This document shows, piece by piece, positions 35,459-44,889 of a DNA stretch of 64,000 nt. Origin of the DNA: an uncultured Acidobacteriota bacterium. Its GTDB lineage: Bacteria > Acidobacteriota > Thermoanaerobaculia > Multivoradales > UBA5704. Within the stretch, counting starts at the first letter, position 1, and every line of letters begins with the position of its first letter. Location: assembly GCA_963770895.1 (NCBI GenBank), contig CAVYRF010000002.1, forward strand, positions 4,384,001 to 4,448,000, written 5' to 3'. The notes under the pieces are model-generated. The model was given only the letters and a program-made list of their open reading frames with translations. It searched no databases and had not been told where the DNA came from. The position numbers and the translations under genes were made by a program.

Positions 35459-37435
35459 ATGGCGAGCAAAGACCTGCACGTGAGCGAATTGGAGTCGAGG
35501 AAGGTGGCCGAGGCGTCGCGCGAGACGGAGTGGAAGCAGCCCAGCTTCCTGCGCGAGATGTTCCTGGGCACTTTCAGGCTGGACCTGATCGACCCGTACC
35601 CGTTGCCGGAGCCCGAGCGCCCCGAATTCGTCGCCTTCTACGCGGCTCTGCGGGAGTTCCTGGCCAGCGAGGTGGACCCGATCGAGATCGATGCCACCGG
35701 CGAGTATCCCGAGCACGTGGTGGACGGCCTGCGCAAGCTGGGCGCCTTCGGCATGAAGATCCCGGTCAAGTACGGCGGCCTGGGCTTCACCAACGTCGAG
35801 TATCAAAAGGTCATCCAGCTCTTCGGCAGCCTGGACGGCAACCTGTCGGCGCTGCTGTCGGCCCACCAGTCGATCGGCGTGCCGCAGCCGCTCAAGCTGT
35901 TCGGCAGCGAGGACCTGAAGCAGAAGTACCTGCCGCGCTGCGCCCGCGGCGAGATCTCCGCCTTTGCGCTGACCGAGCCGCAGGTCGGTTCGGACCCGGC
36001 GCGGCTGGAAACCGACGCCGAGAAGACCCCCGAAGGCGACGCCTACATCCTCAACGGCGAAAAGCTGTGGTGCACCAACGGCACCCTGGCGAAGCTCCTG
36101 GTGGTGATGGCGCGCGACCCGAAGAGCAAGAAGATCAGCGCCTTCGTGGTGGAGACCGCCTGGCCGGGCGTCAAGATCGAGCACCGCTGCCACTTCATGG
36201 GCCTGCGCGCCCTGGCCAACGCCGTCATCAGCTTCACCAACGTGCGGGTGCCGGCCGAAAACCTCATCGGCCAGGAGGGCCGCGGCCTCAAGATCGCGCT
36301 CACCACCCTGAACGACGGCCGGCTGTCCATCCCCAACACTTCGGTGGGCACGGGCAAGCTGTGCCTGGAGATCTGCCGCACCTGGGCCAACGAGCGCGTG
36401 CAGTGGGGGCGCCCGATCGGCAAGCACGAGGCGGTGTCGCACAAGATCGCCGACATGGCGGCCACCACCTACGCCATGGATTCGATCGCCCACCTGGCGA
36501 CCGTGATGGCCGACCGCGGCAACTACGACATCCGGCTGGAGGCGGCGGCGTGCAAGGAGTGGAACACCGACCGCACCTGGGAGATCGTCGACGACACCAT
36601 GCAGATCCGTGGCGGCCGCGGCTATGAAACCGAGCGGTCGCTGGCGGCCCGCGGCGAAGTGCCGATCGGCGTCGAGCGGCTGATGCGCGACTATCGCATC
36701 AACAAGATCTTCGAAGGCTCGAGCGAGATCATGCACCTGTTCATGGCCCGCGAGGCGGTGGACAAGCACCTGGAAGTGGCCGGCAACCTGATCGATCCCG
36801 AAAAGGCGACGGCGGACAAGCTGGCGGCGCTGCCTAAGATCGCCGCTTTCTACGGTTCGTGGTACCCGTCGCGCTGGCTGGGTTGGGGCCAGTGGCCGCG
36901 CTACTCCGAGTACGGCTCGATGGCGACCCACCTGCGCTTCATCGAGCGCAACACCCGGCGCCTGGCGCGGCAGATCTTCCACGGCATGGTGGTCTACCAG
37001 GGCGCGCTGCAGAACAAGCAGGCGTTTCTGTTCCGCGCCGTGGACGTCGCCAACGAGATGTTCGCGATGGCCGCCTCCGCCGTGCGCGCCCACGCCATGA
37101 GCGACGCCGGCGCGCCGCACGCCGAGGAGGCGCTGGAGCTGGCCGACATGTTCTGCCGCAACGCCCGCCGCAAGGTGACGCGCCTGTTCCGCGAGCTGTG
37201 GGCCAACGACGACGCCCTCAAGTACCGCGTCGCGATGCGGGTCCTGGAGGGGCGCCACGCCTGGGTGTCGGAGGGCATCATGCCGCTGCCGACCGCCGCC
37301 CCCGCCCCCGGCGCCGGTGCGGCCGCCGCGCCCGCCGCCGCCCCCTCGATCGCCGCCGCCGTGCCGGCCGAGGGTCCGCGCCCGCTGCGCGAGGCCGAGC
37401 CGGCGGCTCGTCCCCGCCCGGTCGCCTCGCGCTGA
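35459..37435 (+). CDS. Acyl-CoA dehydrogenase (long, ACAD9/VLCAD-like)
   Basis: SAHQSIG, AFALTEPQVGSD, LNGEKLWCTNG, QIRGGRGY and RDYRINKIFEGSSEI. Confidence 0.93.
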   Translation: MASKDLHVSELESRKVAEASRETEWKQPSFLREMFLGTFRLDLIDPYPLPEPERPEFVAFYAALREFLASEVDPIEIDATGEYPEHVVDGLRKLGAFGMKIPVKYGGLGFTNVEYQKVIQLFGSLDGNLSALLSAHQSIGVPQPLKLFGSEDLKQKYLPRCARGEISAFALTEPQVGSDPARLETDAEKTPEGDAYILNGEKLWCTNGTLAKLLVVMARDPKSKKISAFVVETAWPGVKIEHRCHFMGLRALANAVISFTNVRVPAENLIGQEGRGLKIALTTLNDGRLSIPNTSVGTGKLCLEICRTWANERVQWGRPIGKHEAVSHKIADMAATTYAMDSIAHLATVMADRGNYDIRLEAAACKEWNTDRTWEIVDDTMQIRGGRGYETERSLAARGEVPIGVERLMRDYRINKIFEGSSEIMHLFMAREAVDKHLEVAGNLIDPEKATADKLAALPKIAAFYGSWYPSRWLGWGQWPRYSEYGSMATHLRFIERNTRRLARQIFHGMVVYQGALQNKQAFLFRAVDVANEMFAMAASAVRAHAMSDAGAPHAEEALELADMFCRNARRKVTRLFRELWANDDALKYRVAMRVLEGRHAWVSEGIMPLPTAAPAPGAGAAAAPAAAPSIAAAVPAEGPRPLREAEPAARPRPVASR

Positions 37436-37450
37436 GGCAACCGCAGTCCA

Positions 37451-37495
37451 GTGGAACCGCACGGCTACTTTGGCTGGTAGCCGTGCGGGTTCCGC
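37451..37495. terminator. Hairpin after acyl-CoA dehydrogenase
   Basis: GGAACCGCACGGCTAC / GTAGCCGTGCGGGTTCC followed by a pyrimidine-rich tract. Confidence 0.55.
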
Positions 37496-37573
37496 TTCTC
37501 TTCCGGCAAAACCAAAGCGCTAGGGCGTAAGCCTGACGTCGACCCTTTACGTCGGGGTCGGTGACCCGGCAGG

Positions 37574-39109
37574 TCAGCGCGGCAGGTCCGGCACCGCGCC
37601 ATCGGGCGGCGGCTGGCCGCGCACGTAGCGCACCGCCGCGTCCAGCGCCAGGTCTTCACCCTGGCCCAGCCAGCGCTCGACAGCCTCGGCAGTCAGCGGT
37701 AGGCGCTGGTCGGGCTCGACGCCGCCGCGGCCGGCGGCGTCGCCGTCCACCTCGACCACGCCGCTGGCGTCGAGCGATTGCGCGTGCGGGTAGACGACCT
37801 CCAGGCCTGCCGGCAGGCGGATCGACTTTTCGCCGATGCCGAACGACCCCTGGGTGGTTTGAAACCCGATCACCCTGGTGTCGGGCTGCCCCTTGAGCAG
37901 GTAGGGGATGGCCTCTCCGGCGCTCACCGTGTCGCCGTCGATCAGCACCGCGATCCGCCCCCGATAGACCGGCGGGTGCTCGCGGACGTCGACCGCCTGG
38001 CGCGGGTCGGGCAGGAAGCGCCCTTGCGCGGCGGCGCGGAAGATCCCCGGCACCTCGTAGAACAGATCGTGGCGCACGAAGGGCGCCACCACCGGCGGCA
38101 CCCAGGCGTCGGCGCCGCCGCAGTTGCCGCGCACGTCGAGCACCACGCCGGGGAGCCCGTCGGCGGCGAAGTGCGCCAGCGCCCAGCGGATGCCCAGTCC
38201 GGGCAGCAGCGTGCGCAGCGTCGGCAGCTCGAAGCGCAGGCGCACGTAGCCGGCGCCGGCCGCCAGCTCGCGTGCGTCGTAGGTGCGGCCGAACAGCAGG
38301 GCGCCGGCATGCAGGCAGGGCGGGCCGTCCGGCGGCGCGGCGGTGGCGACCAGGTCGGCCAGGTCGGCGTCCGCCGCGGCAGGCGGGCCGCCGGCGCGAT
38401 CCCCGCGATTGCGGTAGCGGACCTGGGCGTGCGCCCCGACCGGCGCGCGGCCGATCATGCGCTCCTGGATCAGCCGCAGGCCGGCGCGCGTGGCGGGGGG
38501 GCGGTCGCTCCACAAAACCGGCGCCCCGGCCAGCGCCTGCTCGACCGGCTGGCCGTTCCAGGCTTGGACCTGGGCGCCGAAGCGCACGCCGGCGCGGTCG
38601 GCGGGGCCGCCGGGCGCGACGTGCACGGCCAGGAAGCGCCCGTCGTCCAGCTCGGCCAGCTGCAGGCCGAAGCTGCCGCCGGCTTCGTCGCGCGCCAGGC
38701 CGTGGTCGTCGCCCAGCACGTGGGCGTGGCCGTCGCGCATGCGCCAGACCAGCTCGCGCACCACCCGGTACCAGGCCCGCGCGTCCCCCTGCGCTTCGGC
38801 GCGCGCCGCCCGCGGCGCCAGCTCCGCCTCCGTCGCCGCCCAGTCGAGCCCCTTCCAGGCGGTGAACGGATACTCGCGCGCCAGGCGCGCGCAGAGCGCC
38901 GAAAAGGCCGCGCTCCAGCTCATCTGGCTGAAGTCGGCGTGGCGCGGCCGGTCGAGCGAGAACCCCGTCGCCGCCAGCCACCAGCACACCGCCAGCGCCG
39001 CCGCCAAGCCGGCGCGCCCGCGCCTGCCGAGCCATCCCGCCGTCCCCATCGGTTCCATCGGTCCCATCGTCCCCATCGTCCCCATCGTCCCCAGCGTTTG
39101 TCCCGCCAT
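37574..39109 (-). CDS. S41 family peptidase (PDZ plus tail-specific protease domain)
   Basis: DGHAH, GGPADRAGV, VLDVRGNCGG, TVSAGE and GGVEPD. Start is uncertain within the MGT repeats. Confidence 0.85.
   Translation of the reverse strand: MAGQTLGTMGTMGTMGPMEPMGTAGWLGRRGRAGLAAALAVCWWLAATGFSLDRPRHADFSQMSWSAAFSALCARLAREYPFTAWKGLDWAATEAELAPRAARAEAQGDARAWYRVVRELVWRMRDGHAHVLGDDHGLARDEAGGSFGLQLAELDDGRFLAVHVAPGGPADRAGVRFGAQVQAWNGQPVEQALAGAPVLWSDRPPATRAGLRLIQERMIGRAPVGAHAQVRYRNRGDRAGGPPAAADADLADLVATAAPPDGPPCLHAGALLFGRTYDARELAAGAGYVRLRFELPTLRTLLPGLGIRWALAHFAADGLPGVVLDVRGNCGGADAWVPPVVAPFVRHDLFYEVPGIFRAAAQGRFLPDPRQAVDVREHPPVYRGRIAVLIDGDTVSAGEAIPYLLKGQPDTRVIGFQTTQGSFGIGEKSIRLPAGLEVVYPHAQSLDASGVVEVDGDAAGRGGVEPDQRLPLTAEAVERWLGQGEDLALDAAVRYVRGQPPPDGAVPDLPR
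39041..39092. repeat. 9-bp tandem repeat (CCCCATCGT)n encoding MGT/MGP
   Basis: About 5-6 imperfect copies at the 5' end of the S41 gene. Confidence 0.75.
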
Positions 39110-39373
39110 CTGTTGCCGTCGCCGCACCGTGCCGTTTGCGCCCTGGTGTCCCGTCCGGTTCACAGGGGGCCGGAGGGCAAGCGAATGCCATACGAATGAA
39201 CCGGACGGGAGACTCCCAGCTGCCGCCGCGCCGCCGGCCATGGTATCTCCAGGCGCGGTCCGGCGGCGCCCCGGCCGCGGCGGTGCGAGGGGCGCAAACC
39301 GCCAACTTCCGCGGGGTTGCGGGTCGTGGTAGGGTGAGCTCGCGATGAATTGCTTTGCCGGTTGCAAGCGGGT

Positions 39374-40363
39374 ATGAGGGCGGTTCTTCCCACCGTCGGC
39401 GTGCCGCTGGACGGGGCGCGGCTGGTGCCCCAGGTGGGCGAGCTTCCCGACCCGACGGCGCGGGAGGGGGAGGTCGTGGTGGAGGTCGAAGCGGCCGGCC
39501 TCAACCGCGCCGACCTGTTTCAGCTGGCCGGTCAGTATCCGCCGCCGGCGGGGGAGAGCGACGTGCCGGGGCTGGAGTGTGCCGGCGTGATCGCGTCCGT
39601 GGCCTGGGGCGTCGACCGCTGGAAGGTCGGGATGCGGGTGATGGCGCTGGTGGCCGGCGGCGGCCTGGCGACCCGCGTGGTGGTGCCCGCCGGACAGCTG
39701 ATGCCGCTGCCGGACAACCTCTCCTTCATCGAAGGCGCCGCGATCCCCGAAGCCGGCATCACCGCCTGGACCAACCTGGTGTTCGAAGGCGGCCTGGTGA
39801 CCGGCGAGGTGGTGCTGATCACCGGCGCCACCGGCGGCGTCGGCACCTTCGCGGTGCAGGTGGCGCGCGAGCTGGGCACGCGGGTGATCGCCGCGGCGCG
39901 CAACGCCGAGCGGCTGGCGCGGCTGCGCGAGCTGGGGGTCGAAGACCTGGTGACCGAAGATGAGAAGCTGCCCGAACGGGTGCGCGCGCTGCTCGGCGGC
40001 CGGGGCGTGGACATGGTGCTCGACCTGGTGGGCGGCAGCAGCCTGCCGGGGCACCTGGCGGTGGTCAAGACGGGTGGGCGGCTGGTGCTGATCGGCCTGC
40101 TGGCCGGCGCCAAGGCGGAACTGGAGCTGCATCCCATCCTGCGCCGCCGCATCCGCATCATGGGGTCGGTGCTGCGCGCCCGCTCGCGCGACGAAAAGAC
40201 CCGCCTGGTGGAGGGGTTCGGCGCCTTTGCCATTCCGCGCCTGCGCGCCGGGCGGCTGCGGCCGGTCATCGACCAGGTGCTGCCGCTCGCGGAGGCGGCC
40301 CGCGCCTACGCGGCGATGGCCGACGGCAAGGGTTTCGGTAAGATCGTGCTCACCATGCGGTGA
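39374..40363 (+). CDS. NAD(P)H-quinone oxidoreductase, PIG3/zeta-crystallin family
   Basis: LNRADL, YPPPAGES..PGLE, GATGGVG, GSVLRAR and GKIVL. Confidence 0.92.
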   Translation: MRAVLPTVGVPLDGARLVPQVGELPDPTAREGEVVVEVEAAGLNRADLFQLAGQYPPPAGESDVPGLECAGVIASVAWGVDRWKVGMRVMALVAGGGLATRVVVPAGQLMPLPDNLSFIEGAAIPEAGITAWTNLVFEGGLVTGEVVLITGATGGVGTFAVQVARELGTRVIAAARNAERLARLRELGVEDLVTEDEKLPERVRALLGGRGVDMVLDLVGGSSLPGHLAVVKTGGRLVLIGLLAGAKAELELHPILRRRIRIMGSVLRARSRDEKTRLVEGFGAFAIPRLRAGRLRPVIDQVLPLAEAARAYAAMADGKGFGKIVLTMR

Positions 40364-40490
40364 GCGAGCGCCCCGGTGCCATACCGCGCCGGCGTCCCCG
40401 GCGCCCCGGTGCGTCGGAAGCCCGTCGCGCCGGAATCCCGGCGATCATCGAGCGCGTCCCCGGCGACAGCGACTCAAGAAAGGAGCAGCG

Positions 40491-40958
40491 ATGGGCATGT
40501 GGAAAGAGTTCCGCGATTTCACCACCCGCGGCAACGTCATCGACCTGGCGATCGGCATCATGGTGGGCGGCGCCTTTGCGCCGATCGCCAAGTCGCTGGT
40601 GGACGACATCATCATGCCGCCGATCGGCCTGGTGCTGGGCCGCGTGGACTTCAAGAACCTCTTCCTGCAGCTGACCGAAGGCAAGACCCCAGGCCCGTAC
40701 CACACGGTGGAAGCTGCCAAGGCCGCCGGCGCCGTGACCGTCAATTACGGCCTGTTCATCAATGAGATCATCACGTTTCTCATCATCGCCTTTTGCGCCT
40801 TCCTGATCGTGCAGATGGTCAACCGCCTGCGCCGCAGGCACGAGGGCGCCGCTCCCGCCGAACCGACCACCAAGCAGTGCCCGTACTGCCTGACCGCGGT
40901 GCCGGTCAAGGCGACGCGCTGCTCCGCCTGCACCTCGCAGCTGCCGGCAGCCGGCTGA
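40491..40958 (+). CDS. mscL: Large-conductance mechanosensitive channel with C-terminal Zn-ribbon
   Basis: EFRDF..RGNVIDLAIG, SLVDDIIMPPIG and NYGLFI. C-terminal CPYC...CSAC. Confidence 0.95.
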   Translation: MGMWKEFRDFTTRGNVIDLAIGIMVGGAFAPIAKSLVDDIIMPPIGLVLGRVDFKNLFLQLTEGKTPGPYHTVEAAKAAGAVTVNYGLFINEIITFLIIAFCAFLIVQMVNRLRRRHEGAAPAEPTTKQCPYCLTAVPVKATRCSACTSQLPAAG

Positions 40959-41134
40959 GCGGCGTCAGGCGCCACCATTGCGCCGCCGGCGCGGCGGCCG
41001 CGCTGCCGCCCCAGCGGTTGCCGCGCCGGTGCGCACCCGCGGCGCTGATCGTCGCCCGGTGGTGGCACAGGGGTTGCTATTCCTCCGAGAGTCGTTCGCC
41101 AGGGCTGAGAGCGAACGACGAGGGGAGGACCTCC

Positions 41135-41398
41135 ATGAACTTCATTGTCTGGCTCATCGTCGGCGGTCTGATCGGATGGACCGCGAGCATCATCATGCGG
41201 CATCCCGAAGGGGTGCTCATGGACGTGGTGGTGGGCATCGCCGGTGCGGTGATCGCCGGATTCCTGCTGGCTCCGGTCTTCGGCACGAGCACCATCAACC
41301 AGCACAACTTGAGCGCCGCCAGCCTGCTGGTTTCGCTTGCCGGGTCGGTCATCCTGCTGGCGGTGGTGAACCTGTTCCGCCGCAGCGCCGTGCACTGA
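41135..41398 (+). CDS. GlsB/YeaQ/YmgE family stress-response membrane protein
   Basis: WLIVGGLIGW.AS...VVGIAGAVIAG...SLAGSVILL; GGAGG RBS. Confidence 0.9.
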   Translation: MNFIVWLIVGGLIGWTASIIMRHPEGVLMDVVVGIAGAVIAGFLLAPVFGTSTINQHNLSAASLLVSLAGSVILLAVVNLFRRSAVH

Positions 41399-41414
41399 AA
41401 CCTGGGGCCGGGTG

Positions 41415-42074
41415 CTACGACGGCGGCGCCGCCGCCGCGGGGCCGGCAAAGGTGCGCACGAAGGCGGCGACGCTGCGCAGGTCGCCGTCGGTGAGCATCG
41501 GCCCGTACCCGACCATCCCGGCGGACAGGCCGCCCGCGGGCCCGCCGTCGCGGATGATGTGGTACAGGTCCCAATCGGAGCGGGCGTGCATCACCGCGGC
41601 GTTGGTGAAGTTGGTCGGCTTGGGGTCCAGGGCGCCCGCGGCTTCGCCGCGACCGTCGCCCCGATCGCCGTGGCAGGTGGCGCAGTTGGCGGCATAGACC
41701 TGGCGGCCGCGCACCGCGTCACCGCCCAGGCGGAACCCGGCAGGCGCCGCCGCGGCGCCGGCGCCGCCCCCGGCGCTCCCCGCGGTGCCTGCGGACGGGC
41801 CGGCGGTGCCGGGATTGGCGGCGACGCCCGTTGGAGGCTGGCCGGCGGCGGCCTGCGCCGCGGCGTCTCCAGGTTGGGCCGGAGCGCCGGCGCTGTTGCC
41901 CGCGGGCGGCGTGGGCGCGGCAGCTGCCGCGCCGGCATCGCCGCCGGGCGCGTCGTGGTGCGAGCAGGCGCTGCCGGCCCAGGCGCAAAGCCCGACCAGG
42001 GCAAGGGCGCGCGCCGTGCGCCAGGCGAGGCCGTGACGATGCAGCAGGGAAGAGTCTTTGGGCTGAGGGTGCAT
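41415..42074 (-). CDS. Lipoprotein cytochrome c
   Basis: Lipobox-like GSAC, CATCHG heme motif and a distal Met (SAGM). Confidence 0.85.
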   Translation of the reverse strand: MHPQPKDSSLLHRHGLAWRTARALALVGLCAWAGSACSHHDAPGGDAGAAAAAPTPPAGNSAGAPAQPGDAAAQAAAGQPPTGVAANPGTAGPSAGTAGSAGGGAGAAAAPAGFRLGGDAVRGRQVYAANCATCHGDRGDGRGEAAGALDPKPTNFTNAAVMHARSDWDLYHIIRDGGPAGGLSAGMVGYGPMLTDGDLRSVAAFVRTFAGPAAAAPPS

Positions 42075-42133
42075 CGGCTGGTCTCCTCCAGGTCGCCGCG
42101 GATGGTACCATCGAGCCGGGCGGCCTGTTGACG

Positions 42134-42793
42134 ATGCGCGCAGTCGATGCAGCGGTGGTGTACACGCCGGCGGAAGAGCTGATTCACAGCCTTCTGCACG
42201 GCGCCGGAATCGTGCTGAGCATCGCCGGCCTGGCGGTGCTGGTTACCTTCGCCAGCCGGCGCGGCGACGCCTGGGCGGTCGTGGCGTGCAGCATCTACGG
42301 TGCGACGCTCATCCTGCTGTACGTCGCTTCGACCCTGTACCACAGCATCCCCATCCCCGGCGCCAAGCGCGTCCTGCGTCTGCTCGACCACGCCGCCATC
42401 TACCTGCTGATCGCCGGCACCTACACGCCGCTGTCGCTGATCAGCCTGCGCGGACCCTGGGGCTACACGCTGCTCGTCCTGATCTGGTCGCTGGCGCTGC
42501 TCGGCGTGCTTGCCGAGGTGGTGCCGCGCCCGTTTCCCCGCCGCCTGCTGCTGGCCCTCTACCTGGGAATGGGTTGGCTGGCGATCGTCGCCATGCGGCC
42601 GCTGACGCAAAACGTCGCGCCGGGCGGCATCCTGCTGTTGTTGCTGGGCGGCGTGGCCTACACCCTGGGCGTGGCGTTTTACGCCTGGAAGGGGCGCCGT
42701 TACAACCACGTCGTCTGGCACGGCTTCGTCCTGGCAGGCAGCGGCCTGCACTTCTTCGCCATCCTGCTCTACGTCATCCCGCACCGGCCCTGA
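42134..42793 (+). CDS. Hemolysin III / PAQR family membrane protein
   Basis: EELIHSLLHG, STLYH, DHAAIYLLIAGTYTP and HVVWHGFV. Confidence 0.92.
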   Translation: MRAVDAAVVYTPAEELIHSLLHGAGIVLSIAGLAVLVTFASRRGDAWAVVACSIYGATLILLYVASTLYHSIPIPGAKRVLRLLDHAAIYLLIAGTYTPLSLISLRGPWGYTLLVLIWSLALLGVLAEVVPRPFPRRLLLALYLGMGWLAIVAMRPLTQNVAPGGILLLLLGGVAYTLGVAFYAWKGRRYNHVVWHGFVLAGSGLHFFAILLYVIPHRP

Positions 42794-42945
42794 GCGGCCC
42801 GCCTGCGGCCGGTGGCGCGGGCAGGGCGGCCGGCGGGAGGGCAGCCTCGGTCTGCGCGCGGCCGCGAAACAATGGCGCCGCTCCGGCCGTACTTCAGACG
42901 CCGGCTGCCGATGATGGCGGCTCGTTCCCCTGGGAGATCTCTGCG

Positions 42946-44808
42946 ATGCGCATGCCGCGCGCTTTCGTGCTTTGGGCTTGTGTGCTCAGCAATGCCGCCG
43001 TCCTTGTCGCCGCCGGCGCTGCCGCCGCTGCCGCCGGCCAGCCTCCAATGGGCGCGGCCGCGCCCCCGGCCGCAAGCGCCGCGCCGGCCGGTGGCGATCT
43101 TGCGTCGCGCCGCCAGGCGTTGCAGGCGCTGATCGACGAGCAGTGGGAGTACACCTTGCGGACCGCGCCCGAGCAGGCATCGTTTCTGGGCGACAAACGC
43201 TACAACGACCGCCTGAGCGACCTGTCGCTCGAGGCGGTCGAAAAAGACCTTGCCGCGACGCGCGATTTTCTGGCGCGCTTTACCGCCATCGACACCACCG
43301 GTTTTCCCGAGCAGGAGGCGCTCAACCAGCAGCTGATGGTGCGCAACCTGCGCGAAGCGCTGGAATCGGCGCGTTTCAAGCAGTGGGAGATGCCGGTCAG
43401 CCAGCTGGGCGGCGTCCACCTGGATGCGCCGCAGCTGGTCACCCAGCTGACGTTTGAGAACGTCAAGGACTACGACGACCTGATCGCGCGCTACCACCTG
43501 CTGCCCAGGATGTTCGACCAGGTCACCGCCCTGATGCGCCAGGGGATGGCGGACAACCTGATGCCGCCGCGCTTCCTGATGGGCAAGATCGTCAAGCAGA
43601 TCGACACCGTCGCCTCGGAGAAGCCCGAGGATTCGGAGTTCGCGCAGCCGCTCAAGAGCTTCCCGGCGACCGTGCCGGCAGCCGAGCAGCAGCGCATTCG
43701 CACCGCGATGGTGGCCGCCATCCGCGACGAGGTGCTGCCCGCCTACCGGCGCTTCGGCGCCTTCGTCAAGGACGAATACGCGCCCAAGGGCCGCACCGAG
43801 CCCGGCATGTGGTCGCTGCCCGACGGCGAGGCGCGCTACGCCTTTGCCGTCAAGTCGCTGACCACGACCGACGTGCCGCCGGAGCAGATCCACCAGCTGG
43901 GCCTGGCGCAGGTTGCCGAGATCGAGAAGCAGATGCTGGCCATCGCCAACCGCCTGGGCTACCACGATCTGAAGAGCTTCAACGCCAAGGTGCAGAACGA
44001 TCCCAAGCTGCGCGCCACGTCGCGCGAGCAGATCCTGCAGATCTACCGCGGCCATATCGACGACATGTACGCCAAGCTGCCGACGCTGTTCGGCCGCCTG
44101 CCCAAGGCCAAGGTCGAAGTGGTGGCGGTCGAAACCTATCGCGAAAAGGATGCCTCGGCGGCGCAGTACGTGCCGGGCGCCCCCGATGGCTCGCGCCCCG
44201 GCCGCGTCACGGTCAACACCGGCGACGCCACCTCGCGCAAGACGATCACCATGGAGTCGACCGCCTACCACGAGGGCGTCCCCGGCCATCACATGCAGCT
44301 GTCGATCGCCCTCGAAATGCCGTCGCTGCCCCCGTTCCGGCAGAACGCCAGCTACGACGCCTACGTCGAGGGCTGGGCGCTGTACTCCGAACGCCTGGGC
44401 AAGGAGGTCGGCTTCTACGGCGATCCCTATAACGACTACGGCCGGCTGGAAGACGAAATGCTGCGCGCCATCCGGCTGGTGGTGGACACCGGCCTGCACT
44501 ACAAGCATTGGACCCGCGAGCAGGTGGTGCAGTACTTCCACGACCATTCGGCGGCCGACGAGGTGGAGCTGCAGAGCGAAACCGATCGCTACATCGTGAT
44601 GCCCGGCCAGGCGCTTTCCTACAAGATGGGGCAGCTCAAGATCCTGGAGCTGCGCGAACGGGCGCGCCAGAAGCTCGGCGCCCGGTTCGACATCCGCGGC
44701 TTTCACGACGAGGTGCTGAGCGGCGGCGCCCTGCCGCTCGACGTGCTGGAGACGCGCATCGATCGCTGGATCGCCGCCCAGCAGGCGGGCGCCGCCCCGG
44801 CCAGCTGA
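42946..44808 (+). CDS. DUF885 family secreted protein (putative metallopeptidase)
   Basis: YHEGVPGHHMQ, EGWALYSE, RLVVDTGLH and PGQALSYKMG. Confidence 0.92.
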   Translation: MRMPRAFVLWACVLSNAAVLVAAGAAAAAAGQPPMGAAAPPAASAAPAGGDLASRRQALQALIDEQWEYTLRTAPEQASFLGDKRYNDRLSDLSLEAVEKDLAATRDFLARFTAIDTTGFPEQEALNQQLMVRNLREALESARFKQWEMPVSQLGGVHLDAPQLVTQLTFENVKDYDDLIARYHLLPRMFDQVTALMRQGMADNLMPPRFLMGKIVKQIDTVASEKPEDSEFAQPLKSFPATVPAAEQQRIRTAMVAAIRDEVLPAYRRFGAFVKDEYAPKGRTEPGMWSLPDGEARYAFAVKSLTTTDVPPEQIHQLGLAQVAEIEKQMLAIANRLGYHDLKSFNAKVQNDPKLRATSREQILQIYRGHIDDMYAKLPTLFGRLPKAKVEVVAVETYREKDASAAQYVPGAPDGSRPGRVTVNTGDATSRKTITMESTAYHEGVPGHHMQLSIALEMPSLPPFRQNASYDAYVEGWALYSERLGKEVGFYGDPYNDYGRLEDEMLRAIRLVVDTGLHYKHWTREQVVQYFHDHSAADEVELQSETDRYIVMPGQALSYKMGQLKILELRERARQKLGARFDIRGFHDEVLSGGALPLDVLETRIDRWIAAQQAGAAPAS

Positions 44809-44889
44809 GGGTGACCCCCGGCCCCACCTCCCGCCATGACCGGTGGCCGGCGGCGGGAGGTGGGCCGCAGGTAACGGGCGAGCGGCCCT

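Noticed and set aside
37574-40132. 852-aa ORF suggesting a long N-terminally extended S41 protease
   Set aside because: The upstream part is antisense to the quinone oxidoreductase gene; the real gene starts near 39109.
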